A DNA stretch of 62,783 nt, filler included, from 7 parts of 7 records of this genome joined end to end with filler, not necessarily neighbours in it; one strand, 5' to 3'; shown: positions 22,603 to 34,465, counted from the first letter of the whole stretch. Notes: generated by a model from the sequence alone, not told the origin. A program made the numbers and translations.

Positions 22603-23028
22603 ATGACAATTAAAGAAATAGAAGAACAGATAATAAATGAATTCTCAATCTACGATGATTGGATGGATAAGTATAATTATCTAATTGAGATGGGCAAATC
22701 TTTACCTCTAATTGATGAGAAGTATAAGGTTGAAAATAATCTAATTACAGGTTGTCAAAGTAGAGTGTGGCTTCATGCAGAGTTTAAAGACGGGAATATC
22801 TATTTTACTGCAGATAGTGATGCTGTGATTACAAAAGGGATTATATTTATACTGATTAGAGTGATGTCGGGTCAACCTGTTGAGGATATTATGAAAGCTG
22901 ATTTTGCTTTTATAGATAAGATTGGTTTGAAAGAGCATCTCTCACCAACCCGTTCTAATGGTCTGACTAGTATGATAAAGCAAATCAGATTGTATGCAAT
23001 GGCCTTTAAAGCAAAACATAGCGTTTAA
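22603..23028 (+). CDS. sufE: Sulfur acceptor protein SufE
   Basis: DWMDKYNYLIEMGK, ITGCQSRVW, FTADSDA, LSPTRSNGL. ATG 22603 is preferred over 22558. Confidence 0.93.
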   Translation: MTIKEIEEQIINEFSIYDDWMDKYNYLIEMGKSLPLIDEKYKVENNLITGCQSRVWLHAEFKDGNIYFTADSDAVITKGIIFILIRVMSGQPVEDIMKADFAFIDKIGLKEHLSPTRSNGLTSMIKQIRLYAMAFKAKHSV

Positions 23029-23046
23029 TTTATAAATAGCATTGAG

Positions 23047-23358
23047 ATGAATAAAATTGAATTGGAAGCAAAGGTTGTGGATGTTCTAAAGACTGTTTAT
23101 GATCCGGAGATTCCTGTTAATATACATGACTTAGGATTGATCTACGAAGTAAAGATAGATGATGATTTAAATGTTAAGGTTGTAATGACCCTTACAGCAC
23201 CAAATTGTCCTGTCGCAGATTCAATGCCAAATGAAGTGAAGCAAAAAGTTAGTAATATGGAAGAAGTTCGATCCGCTGACGTTGAGCTTACTTTTGACCC
23301 TCCATGGTCGAAAGATATGATGTCGGATGCAGCAATGCTGGATCTTGGATTTCTTTAA
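23047..23358 (+). CDS. sufT: SufT/DUF59 Fe-S assembly protein
   Basis: VYDPEIPVNIHDLGLIY, MTLTAPNCP, LTFDPPW. Confidence 0.9.
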   Translation: MNKIELEAKVVDVLKTVYDPEIPVNIHDLGLIYEVKIDDDLNVKVVMTLTAPNCPVADSMPNEVKQKVSNMEEVRSADVELTFDPPWSKDMMSDAAMLDLGFL

Positions 23359-23367
23359 TAAAAATAT

Positions 23368-23396
23368 AACCCGGTTCTGCCGGGTTTTTCTTTTTT
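23368..23396 (+). terminator. Rho-independent terminator of the suf operon
   Basis: AACCCGG-ttctg-CCGGGTT followed by a T-tract, 10 nt after the stop. Confidence 0.85.
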
Positions 23397-23562
23397 ATAT
23401 AGCCACAAATTTCAAAAGCATATTTGATGTTGTGGCATATTTATTGCATATTTGTGACCTAAATCTATCCCGTTTTGAAACATGGTCTTGATCTGGATAT
23501 TCTGTTTTAAAGCGTAAACTGAAAATGTAAAAATCAAACAAAAACCATAAAACGAATTCATA

Positions 23563-23988
23563 ATGAAGAAAATTTGCTTATTGTTATTCGTATTCCTTGG
23601 AATGAATTATTTCGTATCAGCAAATAATTCTGAACTGTTTTCTTATGACTCTGAATCCTTAGAAAATGAGTTTAAAGCAATTGATAATTTGGAGCTAATT
23701 GTTTCTGACCAAATTGAACAAGATTATAATTTGATTATGCAAAATAATCAAGACTTGTTTAATGATTTGAAAGGAACTGGCTATGTGAAATCTCCTTCAG
23801 ATTTACATCACTCATCATTCGATTTTGAAAGCTTTTTCTATGGAATATGTTGCGCACCGGCAGGATGTTTCTCTATAATGCTGAGTGACTATTCTACCAG
23901 GGAAGAACGATTTTCATTTATTGTAGGAACTTCTTGTGCTATTGTAGGCTATACAGGAACGTTCTTGCTGTTTAACTTCCTTGATTGA
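23563..23988 (+). CDS. Hypothetical exported/membrane protein (141 aa)
   Basis: Signal peptide MKKICLLLFVFLG...VSA, acidic middle, two C-terminal hydrophobic segments. Confidence 0.7.
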   Translation: MKKICLLLFVFLGMNYFVSANNSELFSYDSESLENEFKAIDNLELIVSDQIEQDYNLIMQNNQDLFNDLKGTGYVKSPSDLHHSSFDFESFFYGICCAPAGCFSIMLSDYSTREERFSFIVGTSCAIVGYTGTFLLFNFLD

Positions 23989-24020
23989 TGTAGTTAAAGT
24001 ATAATTGATTAATAAGAAAG

Positions 24021-24050
24021 AAAAAAACAGCAATTTCAATATTGAAATTG
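24021..24050. terminator. Probable terminator hairpin truncated at the contig end
   Basis: A7-CAG, then the perfect 20-bp palindrome CAATTTCAATATTGAAATTG. Confidence 0.55.
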
Positions 24051-24150
24051 NNNNNNNNNNNNNNNNNNNNNNNNNNNNNNNNNNNNNNNNNNNNTTAATT
24101 AATTAANNNNNNNNNNNNNNNNNNNNNNNNNNNNNNNNNNNNNNNNNNNN
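24051..24150. other. Artificial contig spacer
   Basis: N44-TTAATTAATTAA-N44. Confidence 0.99.
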
Positions 24151-24867
24151 TTTTTTGATTTCTCCATTTGGATAATCGGCAATGGCAGCCAAATGTGTAA
24201 CTGGTCCGCCAAAAGGCATTGGTTTATGTTTTGCCACAGCTTTATAAACCACCAAATATTTTCCGTCGCGCATTTGCGTAACCGATGGATTGCTTGTCAT
24301 TAAAGCGTCCCAGGCGTTTTCATCCGTAGCAACATCTACAAAAGGTTTATCATTGCGGTGCCAGGGTCCATTGGGATTGTCGGCCCATGCAACTCCAATT
24401 CGCTGATTGTTACGATGCATAAAATTCAGGTTTTGCATGGCTTTACCATCACCCGTATTTCCCATATAATAGAGGTAATACTTACCATCGAATTCTTTTA
24501 CGGTTGGATTGTGCGTACACAAACCGTCCCAGTATTCTGCGCCACGTGCCGACAAAGCAACATCTTTAAATTTAAACGGCCCTTCCGGTTTTTCCGCGAT
24601 GGCATGCGCTACTTCTGAATGTGTAACCCATCCGCTAAAATAAGTTTCCTGTTTCCAACGAGAATAATACATATGATATTTACCATCCTCACCTTTTACT
24701 ACCGAACCACCCCAAACATAATAACCGTCTTCAGCTAACACCGAAGTTTTTGAAACGGGTTGTATCAATACTGAGAAGTCGGTAATGGGTTCTGTTTTTT
24801 TTGTTTCAGCACAAGCAAACAAACACAACACCAACAGTGTAAATAAAAGGATTTTAGTTTCTTTCAT
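24151..24867 (-). CDS. Five-bladed beta-propeller glycoside hydrolase-like lipoprotein (GH43/32/117 superfamily), 3'-truncated
   Basis: Lipobox LFAC; YVWGGSVVKGEDGKYHMYYSRW, PEGPF, HNPTV...YYLYY, RIGVAWADNPNGPW, SNPSV. Confidence 0.75.
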
Positions 24868-26296
24868 TTTCCATTTTTTTTAGGACCGAATTTCGGAGTT
24901 TTTCAATTCTTTTAGAATTACTATCCTGTGATTTCAATTTATACTCTTCAAAAGAATTTTGTAATTCAGGAGAATCGGGTAAAATACCATAATCTGTTGT
25001 TTCATTTTGCCATTTTTTTAAGCGCTCCCTCATATCGGATAATACTTTCTCGTAGACCTTATTTCCCACCAAATTTATGGTTTCAAAAGGGTCACTTTGA
25101 ATATCATAAAGTTCTTCTTCTGCCAAAGGCTCCACCAAACTCTTTTGAGCAGCATTCAATTCTTCATTTTTATTCAGAATATCTAAAACATGATAGATAG
25201 GATGGTTGGCTTTTCGATAAAAAGTGGCAGCCTCATTTATTGAAATATCATGTATATAGTTTTTATTGTAGCGATATTTTTGAGTTCGGACACTTCGCGT
25301 TTTTAACTCGGTCCCCCCAATTCTATCCGATGCACTAAAAACAGCTTTTCTTTCAGCATATTCATTTCCAATAAACGACTGTCCTTGCATCCACTGTGGT
25401 ATTTTAATACCCGCCAACTCCAAAGTTGTTGCACTTATATCAATAGAACTGTGCAGTTGGTTATTTTTTGTTCCTGCCCTAAATGTGGTTTTCCAATCCT
25501 CAGCATTTCCAGCTGTTATAATTAGTGGGATTCTCAATCCGGAATCGTAGGTAAACATTTTACCACGTGTCATTGGGCGACCATGGTCGGAGAAAAAACA
25601 AATAACCGTGTTCTTATCCAGACCTCGTTCGTGAATATCTTGCAATGCCATTTTTACTTTTTTATCCAGGACTTGGATACTCTCGTAGTAGGCTGCAAAA
25701 TCTTCGCGAACAACAGAATTGTTGGGATAATAAGGAGGAACATTCACCTTGTCGGCATTTACCGGGCGAACTTTATCTCTTGCAAAACTGCGGTGAGTAA
25801 GGCTAAAATTTACGACTGCAAAAAAAGGTTTACTTGCATCTATATCTTCCCATTTCGAAATGTCAAATTTTTCCCCTTCAGCTTTAAAAGACCAATCGTT
25901 TTTCCCGGTGGAATAAGCCGATTTAATATTGGCTGTTTGATATCCATTTTGTCTCAAAACCTCATTTAATGGCAATATATTCTCCGGCAATTCATTTTTT
26001 AATTCCTCGGAATAATAACGCATGTGGTGTGCGTTAATCGAAGTTTGATACATTCCGCTTGCCAGCGCAGTGCGGCTTGGAGTACATACGGCTGCAGTTG
26101 TAAACATATTTTCGTACAACACGCCCTGACCAGCCAAAGAATCGAGAGTTGGTGTATAAACCAGATTATTACCGTTACACCCCAAATCGGGCGACATGTC
26201 TTCGCACAGCAACCAAATAACGTTAGAAGATTTCGGTTGCTGCGAACAAGCCGCAAAAACCATTGATATAAATAGTATAATTATTAGTTGCTTCAT
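24854..26296 (-). CDS. Formylglycine-dependent (S1) sulfatase, lipoprotein
   Basis: NVIWLLCEDM, CTPSRTALASG (CxPxR), FFSDHG, EELYDIQSDPFET. Confidence 0.93.
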   Translation of the reverse strand: MKQLIIILFISMVFAACSQQPKSSNVIWLLCEDMSPDLGCNGNNLVYTPTLDSLAGQGVLYENMFTTAAVCTPSRTALASGMYQTSINAHHMRYYSEELKNELPENILPLNEVLRQNGYQTANIKSAYSTGKNDWSFKAEGEKFDISKWEDIDASKPFFAVVNFSLTHRSFARDKVRPVNADKVNVPPYYPNNSVVREDFAAYYESIQVLDKKVKMALQDIHERGLDKNTVICFFSDHGRPMTRGKMFTYDSGLRIPLIITAGNAEDWKTTFRAGTKNNQLHSSIDISATTLELAGIKIPQWMQGQSFIGNEYAERKAVFSASDRIGGTELKTRSVRTQKYRYNKNYIHDISINEAATFYRKANHPIYHVLDILNKNEELNAAQKSLVEPLAEEELYDIQSDPFETINLVGNKVYEKVLSDMRERLKKWQNETTDYGILPDSPELQNSFEEYKLKSQDSNSKRIEKLRNSVLKKMENERN

Positions 26297-26308
26297 TGCT
26301 TTGTTTCT

Positions 26309-27799
26309 TTAATTTAGTTTGGTTAATTTCTTTGCCTTATCTTCTTTTCCTACACCAAAATTGCGTGTTCCGGGAGGGGCGCCCCAAACACCATTTTTTG
26401 GTTTTTCTTCTGAATATGGCCGTTGGTACCAGTCTGGAACTTCATTCTCAGAAATCTTATCGCCGGTGAGCTTTTGCCACTTTCGAAACACTTTCCGAAG
26501 TTCTTTTAGTTTTTCTTTGTATTCTGGCAAATCAACCAAATTATTTTCCTGATGAACATCGATTTGATAATGATACATTTCTTCCGGCTCGCGAGGAAAA
26601 CGGAAAGCATCTTTTTGTAAATCTGTCAATTTCCCGGCATTGTTCAGTTTGATCATATAATCCACGTAACCCCGCTGTCCCACTGCACTTCTTTCAGGAT
26701 GACCGTTCCAAACATAAACAAAGCCATCTGTGTCGCGCACCGACCGAAAACAGTTGGAATAGCCGTGCCAGTTTTGTTCAGAGAAAATGTATTTGTTTAC
26801 ATTTTTGGCCTGTGGATTAAGGAATAAAGGCAAAACAGAACGCCCCTGAAAAGTAAAGTCATCGGGATTTAATCCGGCGAGATCGATAAAAGTTGGGGCC
26901 AAATCAATGGTACTAATCAACTGCTTGCCACTTTGCCCTTTTTTTATTTTTGCCGGCCAGCTAACAAGCATTGGCGTTTTCATTCCCCCGTCGTAAATAT
27001 GGGCTTTCGAGCGCCAGAATGCCCGGCCATTATCAGCGATAAACACAATCAAGGTATTTTTGTACACCCCTTGTTGCTTTAGTTTATCGATTACCTTTCC
27101 CACGTATTGGTCGAGGCGGTGAATTTCATCGTAATAAATCGCCAGTTCATTTCGCATGTATTCTGTGTCGGTTATATACGGCGGCACGTACACATCGTCG
27201 GGCGAATGCACCTTTGGAGCTGTCCACGGTGCATGCGGGTCATGGGCGGCAAACCACATAAAAAAAGGCTTGTCTTTTGGGCGGTCTTCCAGCACGTTCT
27301 CCCAATTCTCGCTACCCGATTCACCTCCTTTGTGGTCAGTATGGTCGAAACCATTTTTTACAGGGCCACTGGCTTCCAGCCAATGATATCCAATGTGCCA
27401 TTTCCCGCTTTGAGCTGTGTAATAGCCTGCTTTTTGCAATACTTCCGGGAAATAATCTATCCCATCAAAAAACTCGGGAAAGGGAACATTGTATTGCGGC
27501 AAGGCCCCTGTTGCTAGATCTGTTTGCCCATTGGAAACGGGCCAGCGCCCGGTAGCAATGCTAGCCCGACTGGGACTACAGTTCGCAGCAGTCAGATAAG
27601 CATTAGTAAAGGTTATGCCCTCGTCAGCCAGTTTTTGCAGGTTGGGTGTTTTTATCCCCTGATTTCCATAGCAACTAATATCGTTACAGCTCAGGTCGTC
27701 CGCTATTATCATGATAATATTGGGACGTTCAATTTCGTAATGCTGAGCCGCGGCTCCAAAGCATGAAAAAATCAATATTATAAATAGTAGTTTATTCAT
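26309..27799 (-). CDS. Formylglycine-dependent (S1) sulfatase
   Basis: RPNIIMIIADDL, CSPSRASIATG, GKWH, DPHAP, FIADNG. Confidence 0.94.
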   Translation of the reverse strand: MNKLLFIILIFSCFGAAAQHYEIERPNIIMIIADDLSCNDISCYGNQGIKTPNLQKLADEGITFTNAYLTAANCSPSRASIATGRWPVSNGQTDLATGALPQYNVPFPEFFDGIDYFPEVLQKAGYYTAQSGKWHIGYHWLEASGPVKNGFDHTDHKGGESGSENWENVLEDRPKDKPFFMWFAAHDPHAPWTAPKVHSPDDVYVPPYITDTEYMRNELAIYYDEIHRLDQYVGKVIDKLKQQGVYKNTLIVFIADNGRAFWRSKAHIYDGGMKTPMLVSWPAKIKKGQSGKQLISTIDLAPTFIDLAGLNPDDFTFQGRSVLPLFLNPQAKNVNKYIFSEQNWHGYSNCFRSVRDTDGFVYVWNGHPERSAVGQRGYVDYMIKLNNAGKLTDLQKDAFRFPREPEEMYHYQIDVHQENNLVDLPEYKEKLKELRKVFRKWQKLTGDKISENEVPDWYQRPYSEEKPKNGVWGAPPGTRNFGVGKEDKAKKLTKLN

Positions 27800-27805
27800 T
27801 TCAAC

Positions 27806-30672
27806 TTATTCCTCCAGTACATTTATTTTTGAAATATATTCTTTATTTGAACCTTCCTTAATATTGACGTAGTAATAAAAACGATTGCCACCTGTTGCAA
27901 TATCTGACGAGAATTCAAAAGGATATTCGCCATCTTTAAACAAGTTATATTTTTCGCCATCATTGCTGTAATAAAATTCAACTGATTTTACCTTCTCAAA
28001 ATCTGCTTCAACCCAAACATAATTACTCGACAAACCAGCAACCATCTGAATTCTGGCCGCTTTTACTACTATCTGGTCAGTAAGCGATTCTTCTCTAAAC
28101 AAATGCTGTGAATTCCTTACTGCTTCACATTCATATTTACGGTGAATTTCAGGAAGCCTAATCCGCGGATTGCTAATTTGCAACATGGTAATCCCCCGAC
28201 CTTTTAGTTCCAAGTTCAACGAATTATTCTCTGCTACTACACGCTTACTTTCACCGTCATATAATGTCATATTTTTGCTGTCAATTTCATCCTTAAATTT
28301 GACTTCAAACAATTGTCTTTCTTGTGATTGATTTGTGAAAATCACAAAAATATTTGTTTCATCATGTGCTACTATATAATTCAACTGGGGATTTGAGATA
28401 TTAATTAGACCACGCTCAAACCACAACCAAAGATTTTCTTTTCCAAAGGCTTTCCCTGGCTGGTGCCCATAAACTCTCATATCAAAATAAGCATAGCCAT
28501 ATTGCCGTTCAAATGGAAAATCAACCATACCATCCGATAGCAAATAGGCATCAGAAATTAGATAATCAATCGACCATCCCAAATGAACTGGAATGTGATG
28601 GTAGTAAATGCAGCTTAAATCAGGACCTTGCACCGGATATTTAGGATCAAAAAAGCTATCAGTAAATCCGGTATTGTAATACCCTGGATAATTTCCCCAT
28701 CGACCAACGACAGCATTTCTTGCATACATCTCATATGTCGGATCTCCAGTATGTTTTGCTAATCTTAAAAAATCCGGTGTCCAGGGTGCCTGAAAGATCA
28801 GACGGTTTACTTTACGCCTGTCACTCGGAGAAAAGATCCATGCTGCTTGTTCAAACCCCATTCCTACGTTAGACACCTGCCAGGCAGGAACCTTTTTTCT
28901 GAAGGAGGATTTAGCTGTTTTCGAAAAGTTGACGATTTCGGATCCATATCATAGCCTAAGCGATAACCACTATCTTCACGGGCCATAAAATTCCCCGGCA
29001 GGTCACCTTCAAACTTATTGCCTTTATGAATAACAATGCTATCTTCTGGAAACAATGGCTGTGTCCAGATACCTGTTTTCAGGATGTCAGCTCCCCGTTG
29101 TGCTACATCCAGATATTTTTTCTCACCTGTAACTTCAAATAAACGAAGTAGGCTCTCAAAATCAGGTAAAAACTGACAAAGGAAGAATGGCTCAAGTCCC
29201 ATATCACCTATTGCCTGCTTAGTTATATTTTCATCAATATACAGGTCAGCATACACCCGGGCAGTATCCAAAAAACGTTTCTCCCCTTCAGACAAATAGC
29301 GAGCTATCCATTCTGCAAATTCAGATGAATGTGCAATCCCTTTTGTTGGTTTAATCTGATTATTTACAAAAGCCTGCTCTTTAAAATAAGGCATAAAACC
29401 TTTGGTCATATTATGACAACCAAAGTAAAATGAAGAACCAAAATAGTCTATTGGGCCATTCATTGCTCCTTTATCGTAGTGCCCGGTATTATCAGGAATT
29501 GGCGAGAAATGCAACCCGGAACGGGATAAAGTATACTCAATAGATGGGATAACGCGCTTTTTATACAGTTCTTCATCACCGGTAAGATGAAACAAAGACA
29601 TCATTACCATTGGAACTGCTTGGGTTGCACCATTTTTCGACTCGATTTGATAAAAGCCCTTGGCGCGTGGCCACCATCCACTGTGCTGATCATCCTTCAC
29701 CAAATCAATCATATTCAAAATTGCATCAGTGAGGTTTTCCTTCGTATTTTCCCTGTAATCGTGCAAGCCGTAAATTTTTTGACAAACATTCTGAAACGAT
29801 TTGATACAGTTTGAATTATCAATTGTAATTTTAAAATCAAGCGATATGATTTGCTTATTTTGATCTTCTGTATTTACTGGTCCGCAAATGGTTGGGTGCA
29901 CACGCCCCAAATCATCTCTTATTTGCATCCCAAAATGACGGTTCAATAAAGACGGCCACTCATAAGGCATCTTATCCAAGCTGGCTGCAATCCCATAGCT
30001 GAAATGCATATCATTTTGGGTAATATTTACCATGGAAACAGGTGTCGGTAATTGTGGATCAAAAAGAGTATATGGTTTATCGGGGAAGCGTTTTTGTTGC
30101 CACATCATTGGCATTAAAAGTTCATTTATATTTTGGTGATTCTCAGCCACAAATAAACGATACCCCAATGAATAATTGTTTGCTGTTTTGGGTGTGAAAT
30201 TCATGTTTACATTGAAATGAGAAGCCCCCTCCGGTAATTCCCACTCTACAATTAAATCGCCGAAGTCAATTCCATCAAATTCTAAAATAATTTTATTGCC
30301 CTTTTTTAAAGCTCTCTTCGGAAAACATTGTAAAGAACCTGGAGTTGAAAAGGCTGACCAGATCTTATTTTCTTCTATTCTCTCGTTGCCCTTCTCCAAC
30401 CAATATGAATAATAAACATCTTGGGTAAGTTCCAAATTAGTTACATCGAACAAAAAATAAGCTTCCTCCGATGCATTTATTGGAACTTGTTTTTTTATTC
30501 CTTTTTCATAAATAAAGATATCTGGAACAACCTTGTTTGTCCCATTATTATGAATGTTCTTAAATCGAACAGACAAGATTCCATTATCAAGTTCAGGAGT
30601 TTGCGAATTGGCTTTCTGAGCTGAAAATATAACAAAAATCAGTGCTATATATAAAGTTGTTGTTTTTATCAT
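27806..30672 (-). CDS. Large uncharacterised exported protein (~955 aa once rejoined), split by a frameshift at ~28895
   Basis: ORFs 28864..30672 and 27806..28876 join as ...PPSEKKVPAWQVSNVGMGFEQ if one A is added to the run at 28893-28898. Has a signal peptide and sits in a PUL. Confidence 0.75.
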
Positions 30673-30765
30673 TTTAATTCATGTATTTTTTTCCATGAAA
30701 TGTCATGGAGGTAATAAAACATTATTTGGATTTACTTTTATTTTTAACTTTCTATATTTCAAACA

Positions 30766-31690
30766 TTACCACTCCAAAATTTCATCGTTCCAGAAAAGTT
30801 GCGCTAACCTAAAATCACTTTCATTACCCGATGAGCGAGATAAATACCACTTTCCATCTAAATCCTGAACCACTTCTGCAGCGTGCCATGGAAAGATACT
30901 TTTTACTAAATCTTCTGACTCCCACAAAAATGGACTTTCGCTCCTAAAAACTTCCTCAGCGCCGTGCGGCCAAGGGCGAGCCGACAGGAACATGTAATAA
31001 TATTTCCCGCGTTTTACAACGAAAGGAGACTCCACATTTGGTTCTTCGGTGTGTTCATCGAAACAGATTTTTGGCCCGTTCCAATTTACCAAATCGGTGC
31101 TGGTGCTGTATCCCACTACCCAGCGTTTATCATCTTTCATCATCGAGAAATACATAATCCATTGTTCATTAACCTCATCACGAAAAACCATGGGGTCTTT
31201 ATTTTTCAGGTTAGGATTTGAATCGTTGCTCCAAGCAAAAAGCGGTTCTTCTGAGTAATGTTCCCATTCGAATAAATCTTTTGAAGTAGCCAAACGAATT
31301 TCGCGGGGAATGCCGATATTGGTAAAAAACATGTAATACAAATCCTCATACTTTACAATATGTGGCGCCCAAATTTCCTCTTTCTGGTACACAAAAGGCT
31401 CGTTTTTCCCAGCCTTCTTGTGTTAACGAGTCTGCGGTTAGGTGGATAAATGTCTTATTTCCTGCTTCAATACCGTACAAATGCCATTTTTTCTGTTCCG
31501 GATGGTAAATGATTGAATGATCGTAGGCGTAAGGCATTTTGTAAATGGTAATTTGTTCTCCAATAACGATAGTATCTACCTGAGTTGTGGCTGTATTTTT
31601 TAATTTTGAACTTCCCACTCCGTTACATGCACTTATTCCCCAGATAACGACTAAGATTGGTAAAGTAATCAACAGTTCTTTTGTTTTCAT
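30766..31690 (-). CDS. Beta-propeller glycoside hydrolase lipoprotein (GH32/GH43-like), split by a frameshift at ~31405
   Basis: Lipobox ISAC; DHSI, WAPHIV, KDPMVF, ESPFVV. ORFs 31346..31690 and 30766..31392 meet at the T5 run 31403-31407. Confidence 0.78.
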
Positions 31691-31849
31691 TTTTACAGGT
31701 TTCTATATATTCTTGTATCAAATATTTCTTTTAAAATCATCAGTTCATATTGAACCGGTATCCCATTTCTCTCACTTACTTTGCCAAATAATAACACTTA
31801 TATAAAAACAATTAATGGTCACTTGTTAAAGATAAAAACTAATGTAGTG

Positions 31850-31880
31850 AAAAAAGGCCTGCCAATATGCGACAGGCCTT
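31850..31880 (-). terminator. Terminator/attenuator hairpin after susD
   Basis: AAGGCCTG...CAGGCCTT with an A6 run on the left (U-tract on minus). Confidence 0.7.
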
Positions 31881-31910
31881 CTAATCTAACCAAACTAAAC
31901 TATGTGTGGG

Positions 31911-33631
31911 TTAATTGTAACCCTCATTCTGTTTTATTTCGTAACCATTTGCTTCGTACAATTCTCTTTCCGCTTGTGGAATTGGCATAAGATAATCGCG
32001 TGGAGCTGTAAAATCACGTTCATGGGCATTTTGCCAGTTACCGTTTAACCTTGAATCATAGGCATGGTCAACAACAACACCATCAATCAAAAGCGTGTGC
32101 CAGTTGTCATATTCAGAACGGTCGCCATAAGTAACAACACCATCATTATCGATACTTGGAATACTTGTTGGGCTTGCATTTTTAAAGTCTAAAATACGGC
32201 CGATAAGTGGTTCACTACGAACTTTCTCTGCAATTCTCCAACGTAACATATCAATATAGCGGAAGCCTTCGTTGGCTAACTCTACGCGACGTTCCATACG
32301 AAGCACCTTACGCATTTCATCTTGCGAACCAGCTGTTACCATTGGGTAGTCGCCACCATTCCAGGCACGCTCACGTAACATATTTAAGGCATCTGCAGCT
32401 TCCTGCATACTTCCATTCGATTCAATTTCAGCTTCTGCTTTAATCAATAGAATTTCTCCCAAACGCATCAGAATAATATCATTGTACGCCTTATTTATAT
32501 TTACAGCAAGTGATGCCTCGTCAACATATTTTTTCCATAAATAACCGGTTAATCCAGCAGGCCACTGTGCCGAGCGACAATCTTCGTTGGTAACCCGTTG
32601 TTTAACACCATCAACAAACTTCCATGTTTTTAAACTATCACGATGTGACTCGTAAACATAACCAGCCCACTCATCTTGCGAAAATACAATTGAAGCACGC
32701 AAACGGGGATCACGATTATCCCAAGGATTCTGGTAGTCATATTCCGGATCTTCATCAATTGGCAGTCCATTATTTGTTGGATAAGCATCAATCAAATTCT
32801 GAGTAGGAAGCATTTGGCTGAAAATACTTCCGAAACGATACCCCATTCTTAAGGGGAAATTATGTGAACGTCCCCATGCTTCATCAAAAGGAACACGCAT
32901 CATTGTTTCACTATTATTTTCACCAGCCAGTGTAAACAATTCGTTATAATTAGGATGCAAACTTAAACCTTGAGCATTTGCAGCAGAAATTGCTGCATCG
33001 GCTGCATCAGCGGCAACATCATACTTTTCATTGTAAAGTGCAATTCGTGCTTTTAAACCTTGTATAACGGCCAAAGTAATTCGTTCCTGAGATCCTGTAA
33101 GGTCTGTGTTAATTTTTGTTGCGGCATCATCTAAATCACTTAACAATGTGCTTACAATTTGTTCTTTTGGTGTACGTGGTAAAAATCCACCATCGGTTGA
33201 AGTAGGCAGAAAATCTAAATAGGGAACATCGCCAAAAAACTGAATCAGAAAATGATAATAGTATGCCCGAAGCGTTAAAGCCTGTGCTTGAAAATCTTCA
33301 TATTCAGCCACTTCCATCGTTTCCTGAGCACGTTCCATATTTTGCAACATATTATTGGCCTGGCCAATTGCTTTATAATAGGCGCTATAAAGTCCATCGA
33401 ATCCGCTGCTTGGATCATGAATACTGTTGCTCAATGCCCTTAATCCGAAGTGTTCATCGGTTATACGGTATAACATATCATCGGTAAGAATAGCATCCAT
33501 GTAGAAAGTTACCGGCATTCCTTCGGTATTAGGAGTCCACAGGCTTCCATGTATGGCATTAAGAGCTAATTGCAACTGATTTGCATCTGAAAAGAACGTA
33601 ACATCAGTTGGATTCGACAAGGGTTCGAGTT
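31911..33631 (-). CDS. SusD/RagB-family glycan-binding lipoprotein, 5'-truncated
   Basis: LRAYYYHFLIQFFGDVP, RDPRL, TGYLWKKY, MRLGEILLIKAEA, ERRVELANEGFRYIDMLRW, PIPQ...QNEGY. Confidence 0.93.
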
Positions 33632-33731
33632 NNNNNNNNNNNNNNNNNNNNNNNNNNNNNNNNNNNNNNNNNNNNTTAATTAATTAANNNNNNNNNNNNN
33701 NNNNNNNNNNNNNNNNNNNNNNNNNNNNNNN
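33632..33731. other. Artificial contig spacer
   Basis: N44-TTAATTAATTAA-N44. Confidence 0.99.
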
Positions 33732-33748
33732 AGGCGGGGCTGTTTAAT

Positions 33749-34465
33749 CTAGCAAATTGATTTATGGTTCTCAACTTCAATTAAGTATTTTTGTAGCCAC
33801 TCGTATTTACATTTTACCGAAATATCAGATGCCTGTAATCCATCAGTAATCAGCTTCCTTACATCATTCAAAAAGGTGTTGTATTCATACCCTGGTTCAG
33901 TATCCATACCCAAGAAGTTCGTGTAATAGTAATTATTCTCACAAGGACAAAGTAAATTTAATACCAATTCTTTTTCTTGATCTTTTGTATGTAAATAACT
34001 CGGATTGTTATATGCAAAGTCAACTAGTACTGGATCGACAACAATTCTGGGATATATAGCAATTTTTGATTCCATTTCATATGCTTTTATCATAGCTGGC
34101 CCGACAACAACACCTCCATCGTGAAACACATCGCCCAGTGTTACACCACCTCTAATTAATAAACCCATTGCTATCAAATCTATCTGCATAGAAATAATAT
34201 CAAATAGGACGCCAAATATGGCACCTTCCTTTGATATGTCATAAGAAATAACAATAGAATCAGAAAATGCGGTTAACTCTTTGCCAATATCAAATTTAAT
34301 CCCTGTAGAATTTTTCCGACTGCATTCCATATTCTTTAGTTCAACTAGACTTTCAATTAGTTTAGCTCTGAACTGAACATCTTCAGTCTTTTTAACAATA
34401 TTCTTGAATCCCAATATATCTAAAAAGACTACCGCTTTTTTCTTGTAGTTTAAATCTATAGACAT
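33749..34465 (-). CDS. Stand-alone, divergent class III nucleotidyl cyclase-like protein
   Basis: VVFLDILGFK (first metal Asp), AFSDSIVI (second Asp), LIRGGVTLGDV, and VGPAMIKAYEMES (equivalent of GxxVNxAxRME), then YPRIVVD. Confidence 0.72.
   Translation of the reverse strand: MSIDLNYKKKAVVFLDILGFKNIVKKTEDVQFRAKLIESLVELKNMECSRKNSTGIKFDIGKELTAFSDSIVISYDISKEGAIFGVLFDIISMQIDLIAMGLLIRGGVTLGDVFHDGGVVVGPAMIKAYEMESKIAIYPRIVVDPVLVDFAYNNPSYLHTKDQEKELVLNLLCPCENNYYYTNFLGMDTEPGYEYNTFLNDVRKLITDGLQASDISVKCKYEWLQKYLIEVENHKSIC

Noticed and set aside
33610-33631. GGGTTCGAGT resembling a tRNA T-arm or att site next to the defence contig
   Set aside because: It is the antisense of SusD codons (LEPLSNP) and lies on a different contig.
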